Below, piece by piece: positions 1 to 12,050 of a stretch of DNA of 64,000 bases. Origin of the DNA: Botryllus schlosseri (Eukaryota); assembly GCA_051294905.1 (NCBI GenBank), contig CM119371.1, positions 2,296,001 through 2,360,000 of the forward strand, written 5' to 3'. The notes under the pieces were generated by a model, which worked only from the letters and a program-made list of their open reading frames with translations, did no database searches and was not told where the DNA came from. The translations under genes and the position numbers were made by a program. Position 1 is the first letter of the stretch, and every line of letters begins with the position of its first letter.

Positions 1-2003
1 CCTACTAAAACCAGTAAAGATATGTTGATTAGGGGTAGGAAGTAATATTCATAGCCTGATTTAATTGAAGCTTTTTGTCATATTGATTGTTACTGAGTGA
101 TTCCATATCACTCATCACAAATCAACCATTTAGTGATCACCCAATCGTGAAACTTAACTAATTTTATATTGAATCCTTGCAATGGTGCCAGTCAGTCATA
201 AAACATATTAGCCAGATCACCTTGTCTAAACATAGTATAGAAGAATCTCTTGAACATAGCAATGAAATGAGCCCAGGAGTAGAACCTGCTTAGAACACAA
301 CAAGCCTCAAAACAAGTCAACGATATAAAATTGAAATATTTTTAGTGTAATTCTGTCTACACAAGTATTACAAACGCTAGTTTCAAGAGAAAAAAATCGC
401 CTACATCTGACTGCGATACACATTACTGTCACAACTTCAAAAGTAGGCCTAATTTATATTAACATCTCATTTGCTTAACATTCAGCATTACAATATATAT
501 AGCTTTCATATGGCAAAAATGAAAGGGATACTCCCGTGATTTCAATGAGCAATGACCTCAAACTTGAGTTATATGCTGGTTCCGTACACCAATAACACCA
601 ATAGCTTGAAAGATATGGCTATGATATTATATGTTCATTCACGAGCCTCAATTGAGTTCTGCCACTCAATTGGGCAATTGTGGGTTTAAGATGCGGCAGT
701 TACGTATTGTGTTCCACTACTCGAAGTGCTATATAGTGTCGCGAGCTTTTTTCTCTCTCCTGAGAGAGAGTGCCGCAAGGTCCAAAGGTTGAGAACTACT
801 GATATAAAAGTCACGTTGTTAAAATATTCGAACCATCAGTCATGGTCCTCTCCTAAATTAGGCTACTAGTCAGTGAATTCTTAGAAATTGGTGCTATTGG
901 TATATTCTCGATTTAAGGCAGGGGCACCAAACTCAAACTCGGCCACATCGGCATGACGAGCCAGATATCGGCCTAACTCAATTTATAACCTGCGATATTC
1001 TCTCCCAGTTCCCAATCTAATCTATCCCATTCCCAATCTACCGTACGCGTCTAAACTTTGTGAGACATATTTGTCTATCGCCCTCTTCGGTCTCATATCA
1101 CTATTCCGCCCAAACTTTTGTTATATTCTGGCTGTTACTGAAAAGGCATCTGACCCCAGCGGCAGTTCAATCTCCTACACTGCGAAACCATTGCTGCTGT
1201 ATATTTTTCGAAGGAAACTGCTGTACGCAGGTTGTTGCTGTTATTGTTGCGGTACTCTCTTGTTATCGCATTATGACGTTCCCCACTTAACAGGAGGTTT
1301 AACCTTAGGTCACGGGAAAGTGATGCAGCGACCGTTCATTGCGTATGAATCACTAGCATAAACTGTATTAGTTTGTACTTTGAGCGGACATGAATTTCTA
1401 TGTCCTAATCCAATCCAAATCCGACAAAATTTCACAAATCCTGTTTTTTCAAATCCTAATCCTAATCCATGCTCATGGCGTCCTTCTGGCGTTCCTTCTT
1501 CGTCAACGCCTCTACACCCTTGGAATATTTCATTAATGTTGTGTGCTGTGTTCTCGGTTTTTTATAACCGAATATGTGCTCGTTAACGTTTGTTTTGTAT
1601 CGTTACTACTACCGTATCTTGCCTGTCTACTAGTTGTTTTCTTTATGTTATTATTACGTCATAGACACAAAATAGTTATTACATTTCGAATTTGATCCAC
1701 CCTATCACTGACGTTCGCTACTGATAAGGGTCAGTCGAAAAGCTTTTAGCGAATAAATTAACAATATGAAGTTATTGTTTCGCGAATGCGTAATTTAATG
1801 CGGCTACGCGGCACATACATCGGATGCGACTGCCAATTAAACCGCGTAATAGTTCGTCTGTCATAGATCATAAAAGAAAAGAATAAAATAAAGTGAAATT
1901 GATCGCCTTTGGGCGATTGAGCATCCGAGACTGTAAAAACCTTTTCAGCGTGCAAATAAGCAGGCTATGCGATGCCTGCCATGTTATCTCATTGTGTTTT
2001 CTG

Positions 2004-2265
2004 CAGAGGGGGTCAGAAACGAAGTACTTCTACTATTCGAAGTCCTTGAAGTAGATTGTGCCTACTCACACTACTGTTTAAGTAGTTATGATTTTAGACT
2101 ACTTCTACTTCTACTTGACAGTTTTCAGTTTTGTAGGCAAAAATACGCGTAGAATACCTACTTACTTACTTGTGAACCACCACTCCTACTTCTACTTGAG
2201 TAGAAATGCCGGCGTTACTTCTAATACTACTTGAGTAGCGACGGTGACTACTTTGACCACCTCTG
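2004..2265. mobile_element. hAT-type MITE (CAGAGGTGGTCA termini, CTACTT-rich interior)
   Basis: Termini CAGAGGGGGTCA / TGACCACCTCTG; perfect 8-bp TSD GTTTTCTG at 1996-2003 and 2266-2273. Confidence 0.85.
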
Positions 2266-3299
2266 GTTTTCTGCTGAGTGAATCATTCAACGAAAATCGT
2301 TCGGGATACGCGTGTCATTCCGTTGAGCTAAATTTTTTGATAAAATGCATTCGTTAAAAGGTTGATTGAATACTAAGGTGTGGAGGTTTTGTAAGAGAAG
2401 GCATATGTAAAATCCATATGCTTTGCATAATAACCAATGATCATTGTGAATTTGAAATTGTACTTTGTAATGATGCGGAAAGTGCCGCCAGATCAAGATT
2501 GTAGGTTGTAACTAAGTCGCATGGTTTCGAGTCACAAGTCAATCTCTTTCTTTTAGTTTTGACTCGAGTCGTGTCGTCATTTTCAATTCACCACCGAGTC
2601 AAGTCCGAGTCAAAGTCATTTTGTTGGCTTCTAATTTTCTACTGAAAGACTAGTTACACCCACTTTTTATAACTCTGGTGCGGATATGGGGTAATCCTAA
2701 TTAGTAATCGTAATCGATTACGACGATTACAGCATTTGCAAGTAATCGTAATGGCAATCGATTACATTCGAAAAAAATCCGAAGTAATCGTAATCGACTA
2801 CTTCACATATATATCGATTTCTTTGTGAAAGAACGATTACTTTTCATTTGTTCAATGCCCATGACATAAACTGAACATTCGTGAACAATGAAGAGTGCGA
2901 TTTGAAACAGGTTTTGGACAGCAGAAATGTCGGATGGTCAAACGCCCATGCTCATATTGCGTCACTAGTATTGGTTCTTCATTGCGTAACGAATTATCCG
3001 CACATAGTAAATAGATCAGAGGTCTCAAACTCAAATGTGCTCCGGGCCAGTTTTCCAGTTTTGACGACGCCGCGGGCCGCAGCATTTATAGGGTATTCTA
3101 TGTCTTTCCAAGTAGGCCTTATTTGGCGGGAATGAATTGTTCTATTGGAAGTGAGCCGATCCAGCAGACTGACAGTAAACACACATCGTCAAAATGAGAT
3201 TTACTATTGTATTAATTCAGGCCTGGCACGAAAAGAATCATCACATTTATAACTATTAGAATAGAATTGTTGTTGTACTTGATATATATTAATTATAAT

Positions 3300-4160
3300 T
3301 AGGGCGTTTTTTTTTTACCTAAAAAAAGGAAATTTTTGACCTAAAAAATCAAAATTTTGACTTTTTTGACCTAAAAAACGGAATTTTGACCAAATTTTGA
3401 CCTAACGTATGCAAATTAGGTGTTTTCCCAAATAGTGTTAAAATTGTAGCCTACCACTTATCTTCATTTCTGGTTGGAACTGACTGTCCTAACGAAGTAG
3501 TTTGGGCTGAAAAAACGTTTTTGGCTTAGAAAAAGGCAACTTTTTACACAAAAAAACAATATTTTAACGAAATCTGGCCCTATGAAGAATTCCAGTGGTT
3601 GGTTACAATACGTATTATGGTAGAAATAATTGAAAAATTTTGTAGTACAACGAGGATACTTTCCTACATTCTTGTGTAGAAAGTGCATGTCCTTACTAAG
3701 AAGATTGCCAATGACGTTCAACAGCAGCAGTTGTTGGCTGACAACACTCAAGTTGCGCGTAAACTGCTGGTGACACACTGTGTTGCTCATTCTGACGATG
3801 TTGTCAACATCACAATTTTTCATCATGCACTTCTTCATATAAGAATGATGCAATGCGCAAGAAGTCTTTCTTCAGTTAGGATATTGCGGTACGTTGACCA
3901 TAACACCATGTTTACCTACTTGTTTTATTTGACTGGTTATGATTCACAATGAGCAGACAATTAGCCGTTTACAACAGTAGGCCAATAACATAGGCTACAA
4001 GCTGTAAAATATCAAATGATAAGTTCACCGAAAGTGCAAAATCTCTTTTGCAACCGAAAGGCAGACGTCAAAAATTTTTTGACTTAATGAAAAATTTTGA
4101 CAAATTTTGACCTAACGCTACAATTTTGACAAACTTTTGACATGTCAAAAAAACGCCCTA
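3300..4160 (-). mobile_element. hAT (hATx-like) deletion derivative with transposase C-terminal remnant
   Basis: TIR TAGGGCGTTTTTTT / AAAAAAACGCCCTA; TSD ATTATAAT/ATTATAAG; TTTTGAC subterminal repeats. The minus strand at about 3655-3770 gives CCQPTTAAVER...GNLLSKD.HFLHKNVGKY across a frameshift, resembling the hAT dimerisation motif. Confidence 0.75.
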
Positions 4161-4797
4161 ATTATAAGATATAGACACCATATGGGCGGACAAATGTATG
4201 ATGCCATCATAAAAGCTATCGCGTCTTAATTTCACAGCTACTATTGAATATTTTGAATAACAGATTGGTAATAGAGACTGATCTGATATCAAAACATTTT
4301 TAGGTTGAGCTGTGATTCCAATCCAAGATTCGGATATACTTCTGATAAGTGGGCTATTAGTCTCATGGCCAAATATCTTCAAATATAGGAGCAAAAAAAT
4401 ATAAATATATTAATGAATGTGTCCTAGTTATTGAAATATCGGAACGCCGAACGGCCCATTGTTGTTACATCGTCGGAGCGTACCATATACGGTACTCGGT
4501 ACCTTTAAGTGGCCTTAATAACATGGTTTAGCGACCAAAGATGTAACTAACAGAATGCCAATTGTTGCCATAACCACTTGCTTAGTTAGCGAAATACCAA
4601 TCTGCCACCTTCTGATCTATTATTATTCCCCTGGTACGCGATTAGTTTGTTGCGTTCATGGTTCTAACAAATTCACGGCATTCCGAGTCCACTCGAGTCA
4701 TTTTCCTTTTTCCACCGAGTTGGCCCGAGTCTGAGTAATTCTAAGAAAGGTAGCGTCCAAATCCAACTCACAAATTTCACTTACGAATCGTCTAAGG

Positions 4798-6761
4798 CAG
4801 TGATTCCCAACCTTTTTCGGTGACAGGGCCAAATTTAGAATTTCAGAGTACGGCCGGGGCCGCACGAATACCAAGCCAATGAAAGGAACCCAAAATAGTC
4901 ACCAAAATATGAAAATTGGCATTGTTCCGATCCGATCATTCGCTTGATGCCATTGGCCATTGTGTTGCCGCACTCCTATTGTTCAGAACAATCAACTTTT
5001 GCTGGCTATTTCGGAGTAGTTTTATTGCCCTGGCGAGATTTCAATTCGTATTTGTGGAATCAGTGCGACGCTTGCTTTCGGTAGACACCGACATATCAAA
5101 TTATTCGGACGCTGGGGTCGCGAGCTATAGGACTACCAATTATGCTGCATTTTGCCGGCTAAGCAGTATACGCACGTCTGCGTATTCAATCGTGAGTCAC
5201 TTGTTGCCCATCTATCGGTAAATTAGTTATCAATACCCAGGGCCGTAACACCACTTCGTCAGCCCCCCAAACAAAAACGTTTCTCTTGCCCCCCCCCCCC
5301 CCATAGGGTGATAAACAGAACTTCGAAGCTCCCAGACCCCCTCAGGCCAGATGGCTGTTTACCACTATTTATCATCTAAATCGGGTGTCCGTTTTAGGCA
5401 GCTTTGTTCGAATAATCGCGCAAAGAGCGAAAAATTTCTATAATTCGTGATTGACACGGTAAATATAATCGGGAATTGCACATATATTAGTATCAATTTT
5501 TATCCTCTCTCTGCTCACGTAATCAGATTGACCGGTTGAGCCGAGTGAGTTGTGTTTGAAAAGGCAGGACCACTCGATATTAATTAAAGATCTTGGGGCG
5601 TATACCTGTTGGCAGGAACGAAACAGCACTTCGTCAGGCCCCCCAAAACACTTGGGTCTTGAGATCCCATAGGGTGATGAACCGACCCCCGCGCCGTTGT
5701 TCGCTTCTCCCACGAAATCCTAATCCCCGTTTAGTGAGCCAGCGTGGAGCACGAAAATTTTCGATAATTTAAAATAAAATAGGTCAATAAGACCGGGAAT
5801 TGCATATATCTTGCTATCAATTACTTGTCCTCTCTGCTCACGTAATCAGATTTACCGGTAGAGCTGAGTGAGGTGTCTTGGAAACTGTAGGGCCCGTAAA
5901 TAATAATTAAAAATATTCCGACGGGCGTTATTATTTCATGACCTCCAGTCTGCTATATCAAGAAGTATAGAATCGCCCAAACATAATAAACTAAAAGATG
6001 CACTAGAGATTTCAAATTGGTAGTTCTTCACAGGCACATAATTCTTACCTGCGGAACGGTAGCCTATTTGTCTCGTGACGTTCAGATTCCCAAGACATAA
6101 ACATTCGGCGCCAGTCATTTAGGCGCCTATGGTCAATTTTACCTATATATATTTTGTCCTTTGCCAGTCCTTTTCGGCCAAGGTTTTCTCGCTGCCGATC
6201 GTTCTGGCACACTTCTTGGAGTAATATGTTTTGACCTAAAACTTTATGTGTCTTCGTGCGTCGTGGCGCGGTAATGGCCAACGCCGATATGCCCACTTCT
6301 ATAAATCTTGCGTATTTTATCTTGGTCGAATGGTACCGAATATTTAAGGTACTTGGAAACTTGAAATCGCGCGCAGCGCGAAAATTCTTTGCAGAAAATG
6401 TCATAAAATACTCTATAATTTATGCTAATTCACTAGATAATTTTGGGCCCCTTCGAGCTCGCTCCCGCCAATTGGGGGGGCTTGGAGTGCGGCAGTTACG
6501 GTCCTGTCAATACCTATATCTATACCTATATCTATAGGCACTGCCCGTTCAACTGGAAAGTTAGGGCACATTGCATTGAAACAGCAGTGACGTAATCTTA
6601 GCAGTCTACTCACAACCTTCCCGAAATCCTAATTGAAAACTCCAGACTCCAAGCCAAGCCGGTGTATTTTATAAATATAATTTTTTTTCATAAATCGATT
6701 TCACAATATTTTTGTGGGGGCCGCAAGAAGGCTAGCTGGGGGCCGCGGTTGGGAATCACTG
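4798..6761. mobile_element. hAT Charlie-type non-autonomous element nested in 3017-7024
   Basis: 15-bp TIR CAGTGATTCCCAACC / GGTTGGGAATCACTG; perfect TSD GTCTAAGG at 4790-4797 and 6762-6769. Confidence 0.92.
5238..6506 (+). mobile_element. hAT non-autonomous element, CAGGGCCGTAAC family (uninterrupted copy)
   Basis: TIR CAGGGCCGTAAC / GTTACGGTCCTG; perfect TSD TCAATACC at 5230-5237 and 6507-6514; internal repeat of about 300 bp; homologous to 14255-25248. Confidence 0.9.
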
Positions 6762-8996
6762 GTCTAAGGTATCAGGATTTGTCATCATGAATTGGAAATG
6801 TGGCGAAATAGTGAATCTTTCACTTTATATCGTAGCGTTCGCAATTGATGTGACAGTGAAGTTTGCTGAATAGTTTCAGGCTTTCGGAGCAATTTAAGAG
6901 GGAATTTTCACTTTATAACCTGAAAAGATATGTGACACTTATATGTTGTCAAATTAATAAAAATCTAAAATGTCGTCGCGGGTCGCACAAAATGCTCTGA
7001 CGGGCCGCGTGTTTGAGACCTCTGAAATAGATATTCGTTATACATGTATTACTGTGATTGTAAGAAAACCCGCTATGCAATATGTCAGGTTATCAATACG
7101 CTGCAGACGCCACTACCTCGCACATGATAATAATCACCACTTTGCCTAGTTTCGAACAGGAACGTATGTAGGCCTAGTATGTATTGATGTTTTGTTATAC
7201 TTAGGTGAACGCAGTTTAACCGTTGTTGATTGGCGAGCGGTAGGTCTATCTACGTTTACACCGGGTAAAGATTTGATATTTTTTACTCGTCAAATTAAAC
7301 ATGACAATTTCTACATCGGAGCATTAACAACCAACGGCTGCTGATAAAATATCATAACTTAGCCGTTATTATCCATTACTCGTATAACGACAGCTCGGTA
7401 TATATGTATTAAGTGGATTGTCGGCAAAATACTATGTTCACCTCATCATATTCTTATCCGGCCCTACTTGAAATGGGCAACAATTTCTATTTCGCAATTT
7501 TATACTCAAAATTTGGATCTGCCACTGTAGGCATCCGCTTACAAGCCATGTTAGCGTGGATTGCAGCTAGAATCCGTACCGAAACAGCATTTCGCCACCC
7601 CCTTCTCAAAAACGGTGATCTTTGGCCCCCCATCGGGCGATCAGTAAAACTTCTGGCGGGAGAAGTTCCCCAGACCCTCATTTAACGGCCGGGCTTTTTC
7701 ACAAGAGCTGGAAAACACGATTTATGCGATATGGATTCGCTGTGTATTTGCTCTCAAGTCTCGCCGATACGAATTTCTGCAAATCACGCAATGGCATAAT
7801 ATGTCATATACAGGAAATGACGCTATATACGACGCAAAATATATGTAATCGTGAGTAATCGTGATTACTTTTCCATAGTAATCGTGATCGTAATATACTA
7901 CTTGCGGATTTTGCTGTAATCGTAATCGTAATTGCATGATTGAGCAGTAATCGCAATCGTAATCGATTACATTCATGAAGTAATCACCCCATGTCTGCTC
8001 TGGTGATATCGAATGGTTTCCATTTATCATAAATACTAATTTTCCTCACTTTAAGCAGTTTTTGACAGACATGAACAAACTGAATATTTAGTTAGTTGAT
8101 GGTAATTTAACCAATGTTTTTAGAGTAGTTGTAGTTCTGAAGTAGCTGATTTCGTCAATTGAGTAGTAGGATAGTAGTTCTGGTTGCGCCAGTCCATCTT
8201 TGACCCGCGAGACGTAAAACTCCCAGGTCCGCGCAATGCTTATCGACAGGTGTTCAGGGGACACTTAATTTTCAGTGAGTTACAAAACAAAAGTCCACCA
8301 CATGTGTCCATACCATGTGTGGGAATCTGTAGGACTACCAGTAAAGTTAGTTAGGCTGACTTGTACAAACTACCCATTTATTTAGTTGATAGTCAACTAA
8401 CTAATAGTTTTTTTAGTAGTTCTAGTTCTAGTTGATGATTTTAAAAGTTGAGTAGTTTTAGTTCTCGTTGTAGCTGCGGATTGTAAAAACTGACTAGTTG
8501 TAGTTCTAGTTTTTTTGTAGATTTTGAAAATCTGGTAAATCTAGTTATTGTTACATAGTTGCGCGTTTAAAAAAATGAGTGGTTCTAGTGCTAGTTGGGC
8601 TTTTTTAAAACCCAGCAGTTTGTTCAAGTTCGGTTTCTGGTTGGATTTTCAAGTACCACCATGCAGTACCAATAGACGAAATTACAATGAAATGTCGGTC
8701 TTGGCCGTCTGAGTCTCGACTCATATGACTTGGTTCGAGTCATGCGCAATAACTCGAGTCCAAGTTGATTCAGTACACAGATTGACTCGAGTGTAGTCGA
8801 GTCATTTCCGTATTTTTAGAAAATAGATCGGGTCAGGTCTAGTCATCAGCAATTCGTGACTCGAGTAATTATAACTTTCCCGCATATATATACGACCTAT
8901 GTTGACTATGTGGTGGAGCTGCATCATGGGACATTTGACGACAATGACCATTGATTTTATAAAAAAGGATGCACTACATGGTACCGGAACACTCAC

Positions 8997-9149
8997 GTTG
9001 GTCTGGTGGAATTGCTTCAATTCCAGAATTCATAATGTAGTTGTTGATGGTGGTCTTGTTCCCGTGAATTTGATCTCCTGCCACAACGTTGACCGAGCTG
9101 TTTATGATCCGTTGATTGATATTTTTGCCTTCTGCCAAACTTGCAGATC
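8997..9149 (-). CDS. Exon 2 of an apparently intact gene; encodes (R)SASLAEGKNINQRIINSSVNVVAGDQIHGNKTTINNYIMNSGIEAIPPDQ
   Basis: Acceptor tgtgtatcag|GA and donor AC|gtgagt; 153 nt, phase 1 to phase 1, stop-free; joins in frame to exon 11439-11361. No downstream exon was found in the window. Confidence 0.65.
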
Positions 9150-9540
9150 CTGATACACACGAGAATATTACGTCTGATATTCCGATGCATACTCATTTGA
9201 AAGCATTTTTAAATCAAGTATCGATCACGGAAACTTCCCATAATTTCTCATTAATATTAGATTAGCGCAAGAATATTATTATTATATTTCAATAATTTAA
9301 ATAGATGCTTCGTGGTACGGAAATTGAATATAGCTTTCAAGGTATTCATAGTAGTGGAATATTTATTGAACTTGAATACTTTTAGGGTGCCTCTTTTCGA
9401 GAGTTAACGCCACACCAAAAAGATTTTAACATATTTAAAAGTAAATCCAAAAAGGCTAAGTATGAAAAAAAAAATCACAGACCATGAGATTTTCATTGTA
9501 ACTATGATAACAATAATAAACTTTGAAGTTCAGTATGCGG

Positions 9541-10517
9541 CAGTGTTGGGATCAAGTCACTACCTTCGAGTCACGAGTCATCTCGAGTCATTGCAGATTT
9601 TGACTCGAGTCAAGTCAAGTCAATCGATTTTCAAAGGTGACTCGAGTCAAGTCAAGTCACTCGTTTTTTGGAGGTGACTCGAGTCAAGTCAAGTCAAGTC
9701 ACGAGTCAAGTCAAAATTCAAGCCAAATTGAGTTTTTGACGTACGAGTGATGATTCAAAGTCATTACATTTTGTTAGCTGTGTGAAAGACAGATTTATTG
9801 ATCATTTATCTTGAATCAAATAACAAATATCTAGCTAAATATACATGCAAAAAGACGCTGTATCCATCACGCACACGTAGAACTGCCAATAAAATACGGG
9901 AGTTGTACAGCTACATGATACAGTCAGTTATTATCATCCAAAATATAGGACCTAATGCGAAGCTTCGAGAAGTTGAAACAAATTGATATGGTACAATAGC
10001 CTACACTACCCGTCTATACACATCCGTGAGAATACAAATGCACAAACTATATTTGTTCGATTTAAATCATATAAGAGGGTTGGTAAATATGAGCACTGCG
10101 CAAGGTAAGCATTGAGCCGTCTAAGAAACAGAGGCACATTTCTATTTAGATTAATCCAATACTACTACTTCGACAACGTAAGCTGTGATCGTTTAGTTTT
10201 CGGTCAATTTATTTGTGATGTAACGATGGAGGATCAATGTAACATAGAATCAGTGAATGACTGGTTACTCTCACAAGTGACACCGGCGTATCTCGAACAA
10301 TTCGAACATACACAAGATACAGTGATTTATTCGACAGTGTTTACTTGATGACTTGAAATTGACTCGTAAATTTTACTCCGAGTCACGAGTCAATGCCCAT
10401 TTTTGAAGCTCCGAGTCAAGTCAAGTCAAGTCATTTTCCCAAAGTGACTCGGGTCAAGTCAAGTCATACGAAAAAGTTGACTCGAGTCAAGTCATGACTC
10501 GAGTCATCCCAACACTG
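9541..10517. mobile_element. hAT MITE (CAGTGTTGGGAT TIR, GAGTCAAGTC repeats) in intron 1
   Basis: 12-bp TIR CAGTGTTGGGAT / ATCCCAACACTG; perfect TSD GTATGCGG at 9533-9540 and 10518-10525; shorter relatives at 23231-23416 and about 52860-53026. Confidence 0.92.
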
Positions 10518-10527
10518 GTATGCGGTA

Positions 10528-10941
10528 CGGTTGCCAGTAAATTCGGCCCTCGGGGAATTTTCTATAAAAATGTATAGCCAACCATTAATATGAATTAATT
10601 ACATAATTATTTTAATTATACTACTACCAGGTGATTCGGAGGTCAGGGTATGCGTAGATCGCGGGAGATACGGCGGATATTTACGAGGCGGAATTTACAC
10701 TGTAAATTCGGCCCTCGGAGAGTTTTGTATTAAAATTATTCCCAACTATTAACACGAATTACATATTTATATTAATATCAAGTGATTGGAAGGTCAGGGT
10801 ATGCGTGTATCACGCAGTCACGGGCGATAACGCGAATATTTACTGGGTAGAATACATTTTTATAGAATATTCATTTTTATGCAAAATTCACCGATTGCCG
10901 AATTGACCGAGGGCCGAATTTCCGAGGGTCACTGGCAACCC
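10528..10941. mobile_element. MITE with GGTTGCCAGT termini and AAATTCGGCCCTCGG subterminal motifs
   Basis: GGTTGCCAGTAAATTCGGCCCTCGG at the left end, CCGAGGGCCGAATTT...ACTGGCAACC at the right; internal duplication of about 160 bp; TSD not cleanly resolved. Confidence 0.6.
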
Positions 10942-11360
10942 ACGGTACTATAGCTACAGCGCAATTTATAAAGAAACAGTTGCAAACACGAAACCAAGCA
11001 CACTAATGAGAAATTAGTGAGTATGGACAAAATCTTTCTGTCAGCATAAAATAGGTTTGTCAATTGAATAAGGGTATAGTCCAATACTTTTGAATGAAAC
11101 AAAGATCTGGCTCGCGCAATGACAGTGAATATATTGTCATTAATTATAGTGTTGTGCATAGGCGATATTTTCACTTGAATGTTTACCAATCGACGAAGCA
11201 TATGCTTGGATTAATCCTCATAAAAATCTGTTTTGACATCTAATTTGAGCGAATCAATTCTGGAATATGCTGCTTTATACGCTCAAACAATCAGTAGATA
11301 ACTTTATTATGATTCATATAGAACATAGATATGAACTCAAATATTCTAGCAATTACTTAC

Positions 11361-11439
11361 TGCTTCCTTCACGTAATAGGCCTAATGGTGGAGGCACATC
11401 ATCGACACCAGAAACTCGCTTTTCTCTCCCTTCCGCCAT
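11361..11439 (-). CDS. Putative first coding exon, MAEGREKRVSGVDDVPPPLGLLREGS
   Basis: ATG in an atcATGG context, 79 nt open, ending at a strong donor A|gtaagt in phase 1, compatible with exon 9149-8997. Confidence 0.55.
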
Positions 11440-12050
11440 GATCACGATCACGTAATTGTAAATAATTGCTATATCACACAATACTAAGAATGCAAAGACA
11501 GTTAATAGCCTACACGATTTGGTAAATTTAATTTGAGTACCGCGCTGAAACTAAAGGATTCGATTTGAGTCCTGTCATGCAGGAGCTGTGAATAACAGCC
11601 CTAGCTTTGGAAAACACCATATAACCATATGAACAAATGGGATTATTGAGAAAAATACACCAATTATCCACGAGGTGAATAGCTTCTGGCCATTCCAGGC
11701 AACCACGTAGTAAGTAAGTCACAGGGAAATCTTACTTTTATAGTTTTGAATCTTGTCAAATCGACTAATTCTCAATTCAGCACTGAGTCAAGTCCCAGGC
11801 CATGTCGCGCTTTTGAGTTCCAGTTCTAGTCATGTTCATTGCACTTTTAATACGACTTCGGCATGATTTATCTCACAAAAACTATTTTCTGGTCCCAATG
11901 TACCCAGTAGCAGCATTACTGGTAGACGAAAAACGAATAATGTGCTAACATTACTCTTCTTCGCAGTTACAATGACATTCTGCATTAGCAGTCTGAGTCT
12001 CGAGTCCCATAACTTTGCTATATGGCCATAGTCATGCGCAATGACTAGAG

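Larger units (their letters stand above)
3017..7024. mobile_element. hAT Charlie/Buster-type non-autonomous element nested in 2681-7997
   Basis: TIR CAGAGGTCTCAAAC / GTTTGAGACCTCTG; perfect TSD AAATAGAT at 3009-3016 and 7025-7032. Confidence 0.9.
2681..7997. mobile_element. hAT non-autonomous element (GTAATCGTAATCGATTAC-repeat family)
   Basis: Termini CGGATATGGGGTAAT / ATCACCCCATGTCTG; perfect 8-bp TSD CTCTGGTG at 2673-2680 and 7998-8005; subterminal GTAATC repeats at both ends. Confidence 0.85.
2503..8880 (+). mobile_element. GACTCGAGTC-rich MITE family copy, split by nested insertions (host of nest 1); ends approximate
   Basis: Left part (GGTTGTAACTAAGTC...GACTCGAGTC, 2503-2680) and right part (8700-8880) match the two halves of uninterrupted family members at 23431-23800, about 48790-49270 and 61333-61847. 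Confidence 0.6.

Noticed and set aside
1040..1365. Q-rich minus-strand segment as exon 3 of the amyloid-motif gene
   Set aside because: All three frames contain stops; at most a decayed exon that I cannot assign.
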